Below, in pieces: positions 10,454 through 20,350 of a stretch of DNA of 64,000 nucleotides. The notes beneath the pieces were generated by a model that saw nothing but the letters and a program-made list of their open reading frames with translations, was not told where the DNA came from and did not search any database. The position numbers and the translations under genes are program-made. Position 1 is the stretch's first letter. Each line of letters opens with the position of its first letter. The DNA is from Spirochaetia bacterium (lineage in GTDB: Bacteria > Spirochaetota > Spirochaetia > UBA9216). The stretch is from the NCBI GenBank assembly GCA_963677925.2, contig CAXXYH010000003.1, positions 1,856,001 to 1,920,000 of the forward strand, in the 5' to 3' direction.

Positions 10454-11224
10454 ATGGAAAAACCTTTTCAGCTTTATATTTTTGCGTTTATTAATCTGGC
10501 AGTATTTATCGCTATAGTCATAGTTAACGCTCTTGCAAACATTTTACCTCTAAACGGGATAGGGACAGGAGAACTTTCGGATATGTATCCAAACCTCTTT
10601 GTTCCCGCAGGAATTACCTTTTCTGTGTGGGGAGTTATATATTTACTTCTCGCAGGCTTTTCAATATACGGCATCATAGCGGTGTTTAAAGCTTCTGCTG
10701 AAGCTTCATTTTTATCAGAAATAAATATCTGGTTTCTGGTTTCCGGAATAGCTAATATCGGATGGATATTCGCCTGGCACTGGAAAAAATTAAGCCTTTC
10801 ACTTCTCTTTATGGCTTTAATTCTTGCAAGTCTGATAATCATATACCTGAAACTGAATAGCACTGTTGTGCATAGTAAATCTATTTATTTTCTGACAAGA
10901 CTTCCGTTCAGCATATATCTGGGCTGGATAACGGTCGCAACAATCGCCAACATTACTGCTTTTCTCGTCAATTTGAATCTAAAAGGGTATCTTCTGCCTG
11001 AGGAGGCATGGACGGTACTAGTTATTGCTGCTGCAGTTTTTATAACCTGCCTCATGATTATTACAAGAAGAGATATTGGATACAGTGCGGTGGTAATATG
11101 GGCACTGCTGGGAATTATTATAAAAAGAAGTTCTCTCGGAGATGCTCCCGGCATAGTTATTTCCGCCATCGCTGCAATTGCAGTCATTACTGCGGCGCTG
11201 ATTATCAGACTGATAAAAAGCTGA
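10454..11224 (+). CDS. TspO/MBR-related multi-pass membrane protein
   Basis: PNLFVPAGITFSVWGVIY, NIGWIFAW, FSIYLGWITVATIAN; about 8 TM segments. Confidence 0.8.
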   Translation: MEKPFQLYIFAFINLAVFIAIVIVNALANILPLNGIGTGELSDMYPNLFVPAGITFSVWGVIYLLLAGFSIYGIIAVFKASAEASFLSEINIWFLVSGIANIGWIFAWHWKKLSLSLLFMALILASLIIIYLKLNSTVVHSKSIYFLTRLPFSIYLGWITVATIANITAFLVNLNLKGYLLPEEAWTVLVIAAAVFITCLMIITRRDIGYSAVVIWALLGIIIKRSSLGDAPGIVISAIAAIAVITAALIIRLIKS

Positions 11225-11247
11225 ATCAGGATACAGGCTGTTTATTG

Positions 11248-12198
11248 ATGAGACTGCTCCATCCTGAGATCTTTCAGGGATCGCTTAAGCGAAGGAAATA
11301 TTTCGAAGGATGGTACTTTAAAACCGTATATAAAAACGGAGTTTTAATTGTAATCCCCGGAATTTCAATCGGCCGGGATCCTCACAGTTTTATACAGATT
11401 ATTGACGGCGGGACTCAAAAAACATTTTATCAGCGCTTTCCATTGAAGGACTTTCATGCAGAGCGTAATACTTTTTACATCAGGATAGGAGAAAATGAAT
11501 TTTCATCCAAGGGTCTTTCCCTTAACATTTCAAGTTCAGATTTGAAATTTTCCTGTTCGCTTAATTTCGGAAAATTTACACCCTATCCTTCAGGGACACT
11601 GGCTCCGGGAATTATGGGACCGTATTCATTTGTTCCGTTCATGGAATGTTATCATGGCATTGTATCTGTAGATCATACCGTGGACGGCGAAATTATCCGC
11701 GACAGTAAGAAACAGGTGATACAGGACGGCAGAGGTTATATAGAGAAAGACTGGGGAAAATCCATGCCGTCATCCTGGATCTGGATACAAAGCAACAGCT
11801 TCAGCGGGCACCCCGGAAGTTTTATGCTGTCTATTGCAAAGGTTCCATGGCTGGGCAGAGAATTTAACGGATTTCTCTGCTACCTTTATTTTAAAGAGAA
11901 ATATTATAGATTCACGACATACAATAATAGTGTTTACGAAATAAACGATGCGAATAAAAATGAAATATCAGTTTTAATGAGAAATAATAATTACCAGCTT
12001 AAAGTTGCCTTTGCTTTACCCGGGCAGGGCGGTTTATTAAAAGCTCCGGTAAACGGAGCAATGCAGCGGGAAATTCGTGAAACAACCGATGCAGAAATCA
12101 GTATTGAACTTTCAGATCTCAAAAACATTTGTATCCTGAAAGATAGCGCCGGTTTCTGCGGGGTTGAAGTGGTTGGAGATATAAACAGCCTGAAATAA
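11248..12198 (+). CDS. Tocopherol cyclase family protein
   Basis: YFEGWYFK, IMGPYSFVPFMECYHG, GYIEKDWGKSMPSSWIWIQSN. Start moved to ATG 11248 because the ORF-track start overlaps the upstream gene. Confidence 0.85.
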   Translation: MRLLHPEIFQGSLKRRKYFEGWYFKTVYKNGVLIVIPGISIGRDPHSFIQIIDGGTQKTFYQRFPLKDFHAERNTFYIRIGENEFSSKGLSLNISSSDLKFSCSLNFGKFTPYPSGTLAPGIMGPYSFVPFMECYHGIVSVDHTVDGEIIRDSKKQVIQDGRGYIEKDWGKSMPSSWIWIQSNSFSGHPGSFMLSIAKVPWLGREFNGFLCYLYFKEKYYRFTTYNNSVYEINDANKNEISVLMRNNNYQLKVAFALPGQGGLLKAPVNGAMQREIRETTDAEISIELSDLKNICILKDSAGFCGVEVVGDINSLK

Positions 12199-12203
12199 AG
12201 CAC

Positions 12204-12866
12204 TTAAGCAATTATCTGTTTAATCAGATCGCGCATGTCCCTGGCTTTAAAATCCGGAAGCGGATAATATGGATTGAATATTGTCTTTTTACGCTCAATA
12301 TAGGCAGTTTTCAATCCGGCCTTTTTAGCTCCGAACAGGTCCCAGTCATGCGCTGCAACCATTACAATATCTTCGGGCTTTAAGCCTTCCTCTTCTGCCG
12401 CCGCATGGTAAATATTTTTAAAGGGTTTATATTTTTCAACACTGTCGACAGAATAATATGAATCAAACAGGTTAAAAATTCCTGCATTAGAGAGCTGTTC
12501 TTTTATCATAATAAGCGACGAATTTGAAACTGCAACTGCAGGTATATTGGCAGCCTTCAATAACTCAATCGACGGCTGAACATCTTCATAAGCTGGCAAT
12601 CTTCTGAATTCACCTAATATTTCTGTTTTTGTCGCTTGCGTCAGAGGCTTGCTGCTCTCAAAGAATACGTTCTCCAGAACAGCACCTGCAAGCTCTCCGA
12701 AGTTTTCATACTCATTCATTGCGCCCATTATACAGGAACTATGCAGTAATTTAGTAAACCAGTATTTTAGTACATATTCATCATCAAAATACCTGTCAAA
12801 CTGTTCTTTAAGCAGACCAAGATTCAGGACAGTTTCATTCATATCAAAAAACACAGCTTTTATCAT
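12204..12866 (-). CDS. Haloacid dehalogenase type II (HAD superfamily)
   Basis: FFDMNETVL, YKP, MVAAHDWDLFGAKKAGL. Confidence 0.9.
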   Translation of the reverse strand: MIKAVFFDMNETVLNLGLLKEQFDRYFDDEYVLKYWFTKLLHSSCIMGAMNEYENFGELAGAVLENVFFESSKPLTQATKTEILGEFRRLPAYEDVQPSIELLKAANIPAVAVSNSSLIMIKEQLSNAGIFNLFDSYYSVDSVEKYKPFKNIYHAAAEEEGLKPEDIVMVAAHDWDLFGAKKAGLKTAYIERKKTIFNPYYPLPDFKARDMRDLIKQIIA

Positions 12867-12938
12867 TTCCGTACTCCTGTTTTATTTTAAAAATTATCCG
12901 TGGGACAGTCTGAATCATCAGCACGATTCATGGATTTA

Positions 12939-14309
12939 TCAACTTTTACAGAATGTGATGGATACATCAGAACCGCTTGATTCATTTTCTGAAACAACAA
13001 GCTTCCCGTCAAGCTGCTCAACCAGTGAGCGTACTATTGTAAGCCCTGCAGTATTTACAGTGTTAATATTAAAATCAGGCGAAAACCCGGAGCCATTATC
13101 CTTGACATTCAGACAAATCAAATCTTCATCCTCTGAAATCTTCCTGAAGGAAATCCAGACATCTCCCGTTTTTTTAACTTTGTATGCATGTTTGAAAACA
13201 TTTACAATCAGTTCATTCAGTAAAATTCCCATAGGTGTTGCCTGGGTAATGTTAAGCTGAACATCTTCAATATCAGTCTGAAAACTCAGATTAGAAACAT
13301 CAATATAGGAAGATTTCAGATAATCTATCAGTTCAAAAATATATTCCCGCATATTTATCTGTGAAAAGTCCTTATTCTGATATAACTGTTCATGAACCAG
13401 CGCTAAAGATGATATTATACTGCTGATATCAGCAAAGGCTTCATATATATCATTGTTTTTAAATTTTTCCGCCTGCAGGCTCATTATACTGTTCACTATA
13501 GTCAGGTTATTTTTAACCCTGTGATGAATCTCCATTATCAGCAGATCTTTCTCGTCCATGTTTTTCTTAAGCTGTTCTTCAGCCTCTTTTCTGTTCAAAA
13601 TCTCAGACTTCAGTACAGATATATTTTCTTCGATTGTATTCGCCATCAGGTTAATTTTATGAGCAAGGATTCCCAATTCATCCTTATTTTTGATTGATAT
13701 TCTTGAGGATAATGCACCATCGGCAATCACTTCAGTAACATGGGTAATTTTCTTAAGCGGTTTAACAAACAGACCTTCAAGAAAAACGAACAGAAAAACA
13801 CTCATAATCAGGCAGCTCAGCAGCAGCTGTATTAAAAAACTTAATATCTGCTGTTTAACCTCAAGAATAAAAAAATACTTTGCCATACTTATTTCTATAG
13901 TTCCTAAGTAGTCTTCCCCGTAAAAGATTTTCTGCTTCGTATGAATGAGAGATTTATCTATTTTTATTAAAAGTTCATCTGAAATACTTTCAAAATCCGT
14001 TCTGCTGATTGTAAAATTCATATCCTCCAGACTTGTATCTTCGATTGTTATAGAGAATATATGGATATCACTGAAAGATGCTTTACAAATGGATTTGACG
14101 GTTACGTAATCAAATGTATACATTGATGTCTGAAGCAGTTCACTTATCTGCAGAGACTCCAATTCCAGAACTTCCGGAATTTTCCTGTTTATTTCTTTTA
14201 TCTGTGAGGAGTAATAAATAATTCCTGACACAGCTGCGGAAATAATAGTTATGCCCAAAACTGCTGTAAGTATTTTTAAACTAAGTTTTTTATTTATCAG
14301 ATCATGCAT
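12939..14309 (-). CDS. Membrane sensor histidine kinase (HAMP, HisKA_2, HATPase)
   Basis: Two TM segments; HAMP (KDELGILA); EIHHRVKNNL; NELIVNVFKHA; DNGSGF. Confidence 0.92.
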   Translation of the reverse strand: MHDLINKKLSLKILTAVLGITIISAAVSGIIYYSSQIKEINRKIPEVLELESLQISELLQTSMYTFDYVTVKSICKASFSDIHIFSITIEDTSLEDMNFTISRTDFESISDELLIKIDKSLIHTKQKIFYGEDYLGTIEISMAKYFFILEVKQQILSFLIQLLLSCLIMSVFLFVFLEGLFVKPLKKITHVTEVIADGALSSRISIKNKDELGILAHKINLMANTIEENISVLKSEILNRKEAEEQLKKNMDEKDLLIMEIHHRVKNNLTIVNSIMSLQAEKFKNNDIYEAFADISSIISSLALVHEQLYQNKDFSQINMREYIFELIDYLKSSYIDVSNLSFQTDIEDVQLNITQATPMGILLNELIVNVFKHAYKVKKTGDVWISFRKISEDEDLICLNVKDNGSGFSPDFNINTVNTAGLTIVRSLVEQLDGKLVVSENESSGSDVSITFCKS

Positions 14310-14376
14310 GCTTCAAATATTCCGCCTGTAACATAGATTATAGCATTACTTTTATACGTTTCGGGATTAGTTATAC

Positions 14377-15108
14377 TCATCTTGTCCATTTATCAATGAT
14401 TGCCTGATAGCTTCCGTCAAGGCGCATAGAATCAATAGCCATGGAAATCTGCAGTGCAGTTTCTTTGGGAAATTGAAGGTTTGCACCGATGTAGGCAAGG
14501 GAGCCGGCTTTCATGATAATACCTTCATCAAGCTCAGAAACATCGTAGCCTTTAATTTTCCAGTTATAGCTCATGCATAGAGCTCCTTCACAAATGGCAT
14601 CAATTCTACCGTATTTAAGCATCATGACCAGCTGCTCGATGGTTGTGGCCATCACATAATCGGTTATCCCCTTTTCCTGTAAAACCGGAATAATCACATG
14701 CCCGTTTACCACACCTATTATCTTCTTTTTGGCCTCGGAGACGGATTGAATCGGACCGGTTGATTTAAGGGAAATTAGACGAATATCATCTATCACTACA
14801 TTAGATATCCACATGTACTGGTCTTCCCGGGAAGGGATCCTGCTAAGCGGTATAATTACTGTGAGTGCGTCACCTGCTTCCAAAACCATATGCTGGGCCC
14901 GGATCCAGGGCAGACCAATTTCATATTTGAAGGGAGGGGCGCCATGGCGGGAGGCTTCTTCCATAACATCTATAAATATGCCCTGAGGAGTTCCGTTCAC
15001 AATACCGTTCCACGGCATGGATTCATTTCCAATAACCCGGACTTCCTGAGCTGAGGCGAAGCTCACAACGAAGAACAGAAATAAAACCATGAATTTGATT
15101 ATCTTCAT
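14377..15108 (-). CDS. Substrate-binding protein, family 3 type
   Basis: Signal peptide; PW..GIFID, PWIRAQ, MLKYGRIDA, DGSYQAIIDKW. Confidence 0.85.
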   Translation of the reverse strand: MKIIKFMVLFLFFVVSFASAQEVRVIGNESMPWNGIVNGTPQGIFIDVMEEASRHGAPPFKYEIGLPWIRAQHMVLEAGDALTVIIPLSRIPSREDQYMWISNVVIDDIRLISLKSTGPIQSVSEAKKKIIGVVNGHVIIPVLQEKGITDYVMATTIEQLVMMLKYGRIDAICEGALCMSYNWKIKGYDVSELDEGIIMKAGSLAYIGANLQFPKETALQISMAIDSMRLDGSYQAIIDKWTR

Positions 15109-15172
15109 AGTACACCCTCTTATATATATTTTAACTATAGTCTATCGGACATTAAATTCAAACTATTCAGTG

Positions 15173-16105
15173 CTAGCACATGGACAGCAGTTCAAAACGC
15201 GAATTGATTTCCAGCTTTCTATAGATATTGTAAATGTGGTTATCCACTGTCTTTGTCGAGATGAAGAGATTCCCTGCAATCTGTTTATTGCTCATCCCTT
15301 CAACAATAAGGGGAATAACCTCTTTTTCCCTCTCCGTCAAACCATGTTTTCTGCTGAGTTCTCTAAGCAAGTCCTCAGTAAGCTGAGTTGAATTTTCAAG
15401 CTGAGTAATTGCAATGAAGTACCGGCCGGAGTAGATGATTACTATTAAAGAAATAATAAAGTAATAGAGCGGAAAGAATATAAGTTCTGTAGGGAAGATG
15501 TCAAAGTAACGCCGGCCCATCGAATAAGTGATGTCATGAAAAAAACCGGGGATAAAAATCAATGTAAGCATACCGGCCAGCATAAGAAGGAGACGGACCG
15601 GTTTTGCTTTAATATTGCGAAAACCGGTAAGCAGCAGAAGCACACTATAAGCGATAACCGTAAGCTGTCCAATCCCTGTTAAAGCAAACAGAGGGCCCAG
15701 ATTCAGTGTCCCGGTCTCAAGATCATAAGAAGATCCAACCGGAAAATACTGGATTGAATTAAGCAGCAGATTTAAAACAATCAGAATCCGGTTTCTCCAT
15801 TTTTCATACCGGACTTCCAGAATCCTGTGTACAGCCATTGGAAATGCTGTGAACATAATGAATGAGAAAGGAACCGAGGCAAGCGTGAGCAGATAATCCT
15901 GCAGCGCAAGTTTACCTGTGAGATTGATCGCCCGGTACATAAGAATCAGGTCTATCAGAATGTCTGCAGTCATTGAGAAGAAAAACAGGTTAAAATAAAA
16001 GAGATCCTTCCTGGGGTTTTTATGATACACCAGAAATAACAGCACTAATGCGGCCACACCGCCTGAAATGCAAAAAAAAAGGTAGAACGGGAGGGTATGT
16101 TCCAT
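15173..16105 (-). CDS. Membrane-anchored LuxR-family regulator
   Basis: About 7 TM segments at the N-terminus; C-terminal HTH LTEREKEVI...SNKQIAGNLFISTKTVDNHIYNIYRKL. Confidence 0.92.
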   Translation of the reverse strand: MEHTLPFYLFFCISGGVAALVLLFLVYHKNPRKDLFYFNLFFFSMTADILIDLILMYRAINLTGKLALQDYLLTLASVPFSFIMFTAFPMAVHRILEVRYEKWRNRILIVLNLLLNSIQYFPVGSSYDLETGTLNLGPLFALTGIGQLTVIAYSVLLLLTGFRNIKAKPVRLLLMLAGMLTLIFIPGFFHDITYSMGRRYFDIFPTELIFFPLYYFIISLIVIIYSGRYFIAITQLENSTQLTEDLLRELSRKHGLTEREKEVIPLIVEGMSNKQIAGNLFISTKTVDNHIYNIYRKLEINSRFELLSMC

Positions 16106-16150
16106 AATAAGCCGGCACCTTCCAACCTTGAAAAAATCAGGACTATTTTA

Positions 16151-16179
16151 ATAATAGGTGCGGAAGATTCAGCTGTCAA
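16151..16179 (-). promoter_or_regulatory. sigma70-type promoter of the luxR gene
   Basis: Minus strand TTGACA-17bp-TATTAT. Confidence 0.65.
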
Positions 16180-16212
16180 TTAAAATATAAGTCTGGAAGG
16201 ATCTGCCACCGA

Positions 16213-16235
16213 GCCAGCCCCGGCGGAGGGCTGGC
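16213..16235 (-). terminator. Hairpin after the serine hydrolase gene
   Basis: GCCAGCCC-7nt-GGGCTGGC; no clear U-tail. Confidence 0.45.
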
Positions 16236-16255
16236 GCAGTGATATCAAAATTTGG

Positions 16256-18040
16256 TTACTCTTTTATAAGCTTGAAGTTTAGAAATTCCAGGATTTCTGC
16301 ACCCTGTTCTGCAACTGCATTGATATTTCCGCCAAGCCCCCTGCCTGTTCCCATGAGCCGGGCACTGGATGAATTTTTGGTCTGAAGCGGGAAGCGTGAC
16401 CAGCCGTCTGCGCTTTTAAGCGACAGACATAAAAAGCCGCTTTTTTTATCATACTCTATTTTAAAACCGGTATAATTGGGCATTATTTCTTCTTTTACAG
16501 GCTTATAGGTTCCGCATCGGTCCATCCATGTTTCATCAATCGGAACTGGCTCTATTTTAATACAGGGACTGATAAAAACACCCTGAAGTCTCAGGTTAAT
16601 TGATTCATTCAGCCCGATTGGCTCGGTCGTAATCGACATCTCGTCGAAGACCGGCAGCTTGACGGGAATAATTCCCAGAATTTTCATCCCCATACTCATT
16701 GTCCCATCAGCATGTGAGTAGAGGTCAAACCAGTTATTGAAAGCATATATCTTCAATTTACGGCCAGCCGGCTTTATTTCCGACAAGCCTGAGGCCGATG
16801 CATAGTATCCGGGGAGATTATTTTTAACATCATCCGGAGTTTCAACAACAGGGCTTGGTTCAAGCGCATTGCGGATCGGAGCCTGATTTTTTTCTGCTGC
16901 AAAGGTACGTACAGCCTCTGCGGTAATATCAGTAAGACTGAAAGAGCCTACGCCGTTTACAGAATTGACCATTATAAAAACCGCAAGGTCTCTTTCAGGG
17001 AGAATGGTTACCAGTGCATGAAAAGGCGGGAGGTCCCCGCCGTGCCCCAGAAGATACTCTCCGGGAAGGCTTTTCAGGTTTACGATCCACCATGTGAGCC
17101 CGATTCTAAAGTCAAGATCATTGGGGACGGCTGTGTTTGAAGGAGTAAACATTTCATACACTGTCTGCTGTTCAAGGTTGTCGTCATCATTTCTGTATGA
17201 GGCAAGGATGCCCTGCAGAAAGCGGCCCATGTCATTAGCGCTTGAATTAAGACTTCCGGCCGGCATGTCCCTGATATAGGGAACGGTTTCAGGCTTACCG
17301 TTTAAATACCCGAGAGACATTCTATCCTCCGGTATTTCATCGAGAATGAAGCTTGAGCTGGTCATCCCGGCAGGTTCGAATACAAGCTCTTTTACAGCTT
17401 CCTGAAATTCAAGCCCCACTGTTCTTTCTATTATGCAGCCGAGAAGGGAATAGCCGAGATTGCAGTATGAAAATATTGTATACGGTTTTCTTACAACACC
17501 GCTCCGGTTTACTGCATCAACCGCGCTGCGGTAACTGTGAGTATAATTATCCGGTCTGCTGTATCCCAGAAAAAAATCCTGAAACGCATCGGACTCAAGG
17601 CCGGATTCATGATTCAGCAGCATTCTGACGGTAACAGGATTATCGGGGAGGCCTCCGCGGGGTGAAAACTCAGGAATATAGTCTGAGACCGGGGCATCAA
17701 GGTCTATCCTGCCAGTTTCTGCAAGCTTCATAACAGCAGCGGCTGTTATCAGTTTGGATACTGAACCAACATTCGAAATTGTATCATCATTAAAAGTTTT
17801 ACCGGCTTTTTTATCGGAAAATCCGAAGCCTTCTGACCAGATAATTCCTTCTGAGTCGGCAACGGCTATTGAAAGCCCTGTCATTTTCTTTAATTTCATT
17901 TCTGATTTTATTGTGTTTATAAGAGAAGCCCTGCTGTCAGATAATGCATATTCCGAGTCATTCTCAGCTTCTGTTTTTATTCCTGCACATCCTGAAATTA
18001 TCAGGCTTATTAAAAGTAATATTGTAATGGCTGTCTTCAT
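16256..18040 (-). CDS. Serine hydrolase lipoprotein (beta-lactamase/peptidase S12 family)
   Basis: Lipobox ISGC; SxxK (GSVSK), YxN (YCN), HGG motifs. Confidence 0.9.
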   Translation of the reverse strand: MKTAITILLLISLIISGCAGIKTEAENDSEYALSDSRASLINTIKSEMKLKKMTGLSIAVADSEGIIWSEGFGFSDKKAGKTFNDDTISNVGSVSKLITAAAVMKLAETGRIDLDAPVSDYIPEFSPRGGLPDNPVTVRMLLNHESGLESDAFQDFFLGYSRPDNYTHSYRSAVDAVNRSGVVRKPYTIFSYCNLGYSLLGCIIERTVGLEFQEAVKELVFEPAGMTSSSFILDEIPEDRMSLGYLNGKPETVPYIRDMPAGSLNSSANDMGRFLQGILASYRNDDDNLEQQTVYEMFTPSNTAVPNDLDFRIGLTWWIVNLKSLPGEYLLGHGGDLPPFHALVTILPERDLAVFIMVNSVNGVGSFSLTDITAEAVRTFAAEKNQAPIRNALEPSPVVETPDDVKNNLPGYYASASGLSEIKPAGRKLKIYAFNNWFDLYSHADGTMSMGMKILGIIPVKLPVFDEMSITTEPIGLNESINLRLQGVFISPCIKIEPVPIDETWMDRCGTYKPVKEEIMPNYTGFKIEYDKKSGFLCLSLKSADGWSRFPLQTKNSSSARLMGTGRGLGGNINAVAEQGAEILEFLNFKLIKE

Positions 18041-18651
18041 TTTGATTCTCCTTTTTTTATGATTGAAGTTTTATTCCAGGGTAGTTTTACAGCGTCCATA
18101 TAGGATTTAAATCTTAGAGCCAGGCTGACATTCAGATAAGATCTTGAAAAATCCCAATTACCGGTAGCCGCATCATAGGGTCTGATTACAGGTGCAAAGG
18201 TTAATGCAGTATCGAAATTGGACATTAACGGAAAACCGATTGAGATACCCGGATGTAAGGCCGGAGCTTCTGCCCGATAGAGGTTTGTTGCCTGCTCTAT
18301 CCGACCGCCTGTCGCTATGACATCAAGGCAAAGGTCCAAGTCAAGACCGGTATCCCCTATTAAATGGTAGTATCCGAAAAAAAATCCTGTTTCGAAGAAG
18401 TTCTCTTTTTTTGAAATAAACTCACCAAATATGGAACCAAATCCGTAATAAAGAGGTCCGTCACCGATATATGAGGATGATTTTATAAATACACCATATC
18501 CATATCCGTTTGATCCGTCACTTGCAAAGCCTGTATCTATTGAAAAAATAGATTTCACGGGGACTGAAGACGGATAATCTGCTTCCGCCTCCTGAGTTCC
18601 GGCTATTGTGAAAATTAAAGCAAAAACTAAAATTGAAAAAAATCTGTTCAT
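18037..18651 (-). CDS. Secreted, probable small beta-barrel hypothetical protein
   Basis: Signal peptide; Gly/Phe/Tyr-rich strands; 4-bp overlap with the hydrolase gene. Confidence 0.7.
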   Translation of the reverse strand: MNRFFSILVFALIFTIAGTQEAEADYPSSVPVKSIFSIDTGFASDGSNGYGYGVFIKSSSYIGDGPLYYGFGSIFGEFISKKENFFETGFFFGYYHLIGDTGLDLDLCLDVIATGGRIEQATNLYRAEAPALHPGISIGFPLMSNFDTALTFAPVIRPYDAATGNWDFSRSYLNVSLALRFKSYMDAVKLPWNKTSIIKKGESK

Positions 18652-18783
18652 TCAACACTCCTTCAGAACTGATAACCTGACTTTAACGCCGTAGAGGGGA
18701 GTTTGAAATGGGGAAATATACTTGAATTATCTAGGTAATTATACCCGGGTGAGGAGATCTGCTAATTTTAAATGATTAGAGGT

Positions 18784-20271
18784 TTAAATACAGCTTATTC
18801 TGTCTTTTCCGTTAAGCTTTGATTCATAAAGTGCTTCATCGGCTCTTTTAATCAAGGTGCTGAAGTCTTCATTTTCTCTGTATTCTGTCACCCCCATGCT
18901 CATGGACAGGATTTCGCCAACACGTCCGTTCATCATCTGTCCTATGGTCTCACGGTATGAACATCTCAGCCGTTCACCAAGCCCAATAGCTTCATCGGAC
19001 GAGGCTTCTATCAGAATTACAAATTCATCGCCGCCCCATCTTGCAACAGTGTCAACCGGCCTGAGAGACTTTGCTATCATGGATGATAGTTCCTTAAGTA
19101 TATTGTCACCAGCAAGGTGACCGTATCCGTCGTTTATCATCTTGAAATTATCAAGATCGATCAGTATCAGACTCATCTTTGTTCCATACCTGATTGTCCG
19201 GTACCTGAGCTGTTCAAACTGCCTGGAAAGCTCCCGTCTGTTCGCTATACTTGTCAGCGAATCTGTCCCCGCGATATTCTCCATCTGCGACTGAAAGCTT
19301 TTCAATATCAGATAGCTGGCCGTGAACAGAACCACTGCGATGAGTGCTGTTATCAGAAGATTTACATAAAGACTTTTTCTGGCCTGAAAATATGATGCGC
19401 TCTCGTTCTGCTCCACAATTACATGCCATCCCATTTCAGGGATATAGCGTGAACTTACAAGTACAGTCTGGCCGCTTTCATTATATGTACTGTCGATGGG
19501 CGCGTCGGTCATACCCATCAGCTCCTCTGCAACCAGAGCGATTCCTTCTCTTGTATAAATATTTGATTTTTCAATAAGACTCAGATCTGAATGTACCTGA
19601 ATATATCCGTTTTCATCTACCAGGTAGATATCTCTATTATATTTATTCTGTTTCTGGTTTAAAAACTCTGCAACCTTTTCAAGTTTTATCCCTACCCCTA
19701 CAACGCCGAGAAATCTTCCGTCAAAACCCGTAAGCCGATAATTTATAAAAACAGTGAGACTGCTGTCGTCGGCCTCGTTGGTGTCAACATCAAGGTCCAT
19801 ATCTTTTCCGCTTTCCTTAAAATCGTAATACCAGACGTCATGCTTATCCAGGGGCGAAATCTGCTTGAGAACACCATCGTAATAATAATAATTACGGGAG
19901 GCTTCCGAAACAAAGAAGGTGGAAAAGAATCCGTACCTTTCTTTTAGTTTATTGAGATAAAGATTGATATTATCGGGAGTTACTTCTCCTGCAGTCACCC
20001 AGTTGATTAAAAAGGAATCCTCCGCCATTGACGATGACACATTTATAGGCTCCGCCAATGCTTTCTGGAGCTCGGAGTATATATTCTCACTTAAGAGCGG
20101 CAGTGAGGAAGTCCGGATCTCGCTGCGCAGGCTTTTTTTTGCAGTCTGAAATGAAACAAGACTCGATATTAAAAAAGCGCAGGAGATGAGTACTGTAAGT
20201 ACTATCATTGTGATTTTGCCGGTTTTAAGGTACATTGCATTCATAATAACCGAAATGAAAAAGAAAGGCAT
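18784..20271 (-). CDS. Cache-sensor diguanylate cyclase
   Basis: Two TM segments with a Cache-like periplasmic region; DLDNFKMINDGYGHLAGD; RxxD I-site (RPVD); GGDEF. The real start may be a downstream ATG (about 20235). Confidence 0.93.
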   Translation of the reverse strand: MPFFFISVIMNAMYLKTGKITMIVLTVLISCAFLISSLVSFQTAKKSLRSEIRTSSLPLLSENIYSELQKALAEPINVSSSMAEDSFLINWVTAGEVTPDNINLYLNKLKERYGFFSTFFVSEASRNYYYYDGVLKQISPLDKHDVWYYDFKESGKDMDLDVDTNEADDSSLTVFINYRLTGFDGRFLGVVGVGIKLEKVAEFLNQKQNKYNRDIYLVDENGYIQVHSDLSLIEKSNIYTREGIALVAEELMGMTDAPIDSTYNESGQTVLVSSRYIPEMGWHVIVEQNESASYFQARKSLYVNLLITALIAVVLFTASYLILKSFQSQMENIAGTDSLTSIANRRELSRQFEQLRYRTIRYGTKMSLILIDLDNFKMINDGYGHLAGDNILKELSSMIAKSLRPVDTVARWGGDEFVILIEASSDEAIGLGERLRCSYRETIGQMMNGRVGEILSMSMGVTEYRENEDFSTLIKRADEALYESKLNGKDRISCI

Positions 20272-20350
20272 AATTAATCACCGATTTTCTTTAAAAATAT
20301 TCAGGATACTGCCATGAAATATTTCTGAATCTCTTCCAATCAGTACTCAG

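Noticed and set aside
11008-11247. Cys-rich N-terminal extension of the tocopherol cyclase ORF
   Set aside because: Overlaps the TspO-like gene in another frame; family similarity starts at ATG 11248
12649-13260. 203-aa plus-strand ORF
   Set aside because: Antisense to the HAD and kinase genes; Ser-rich shadow composition
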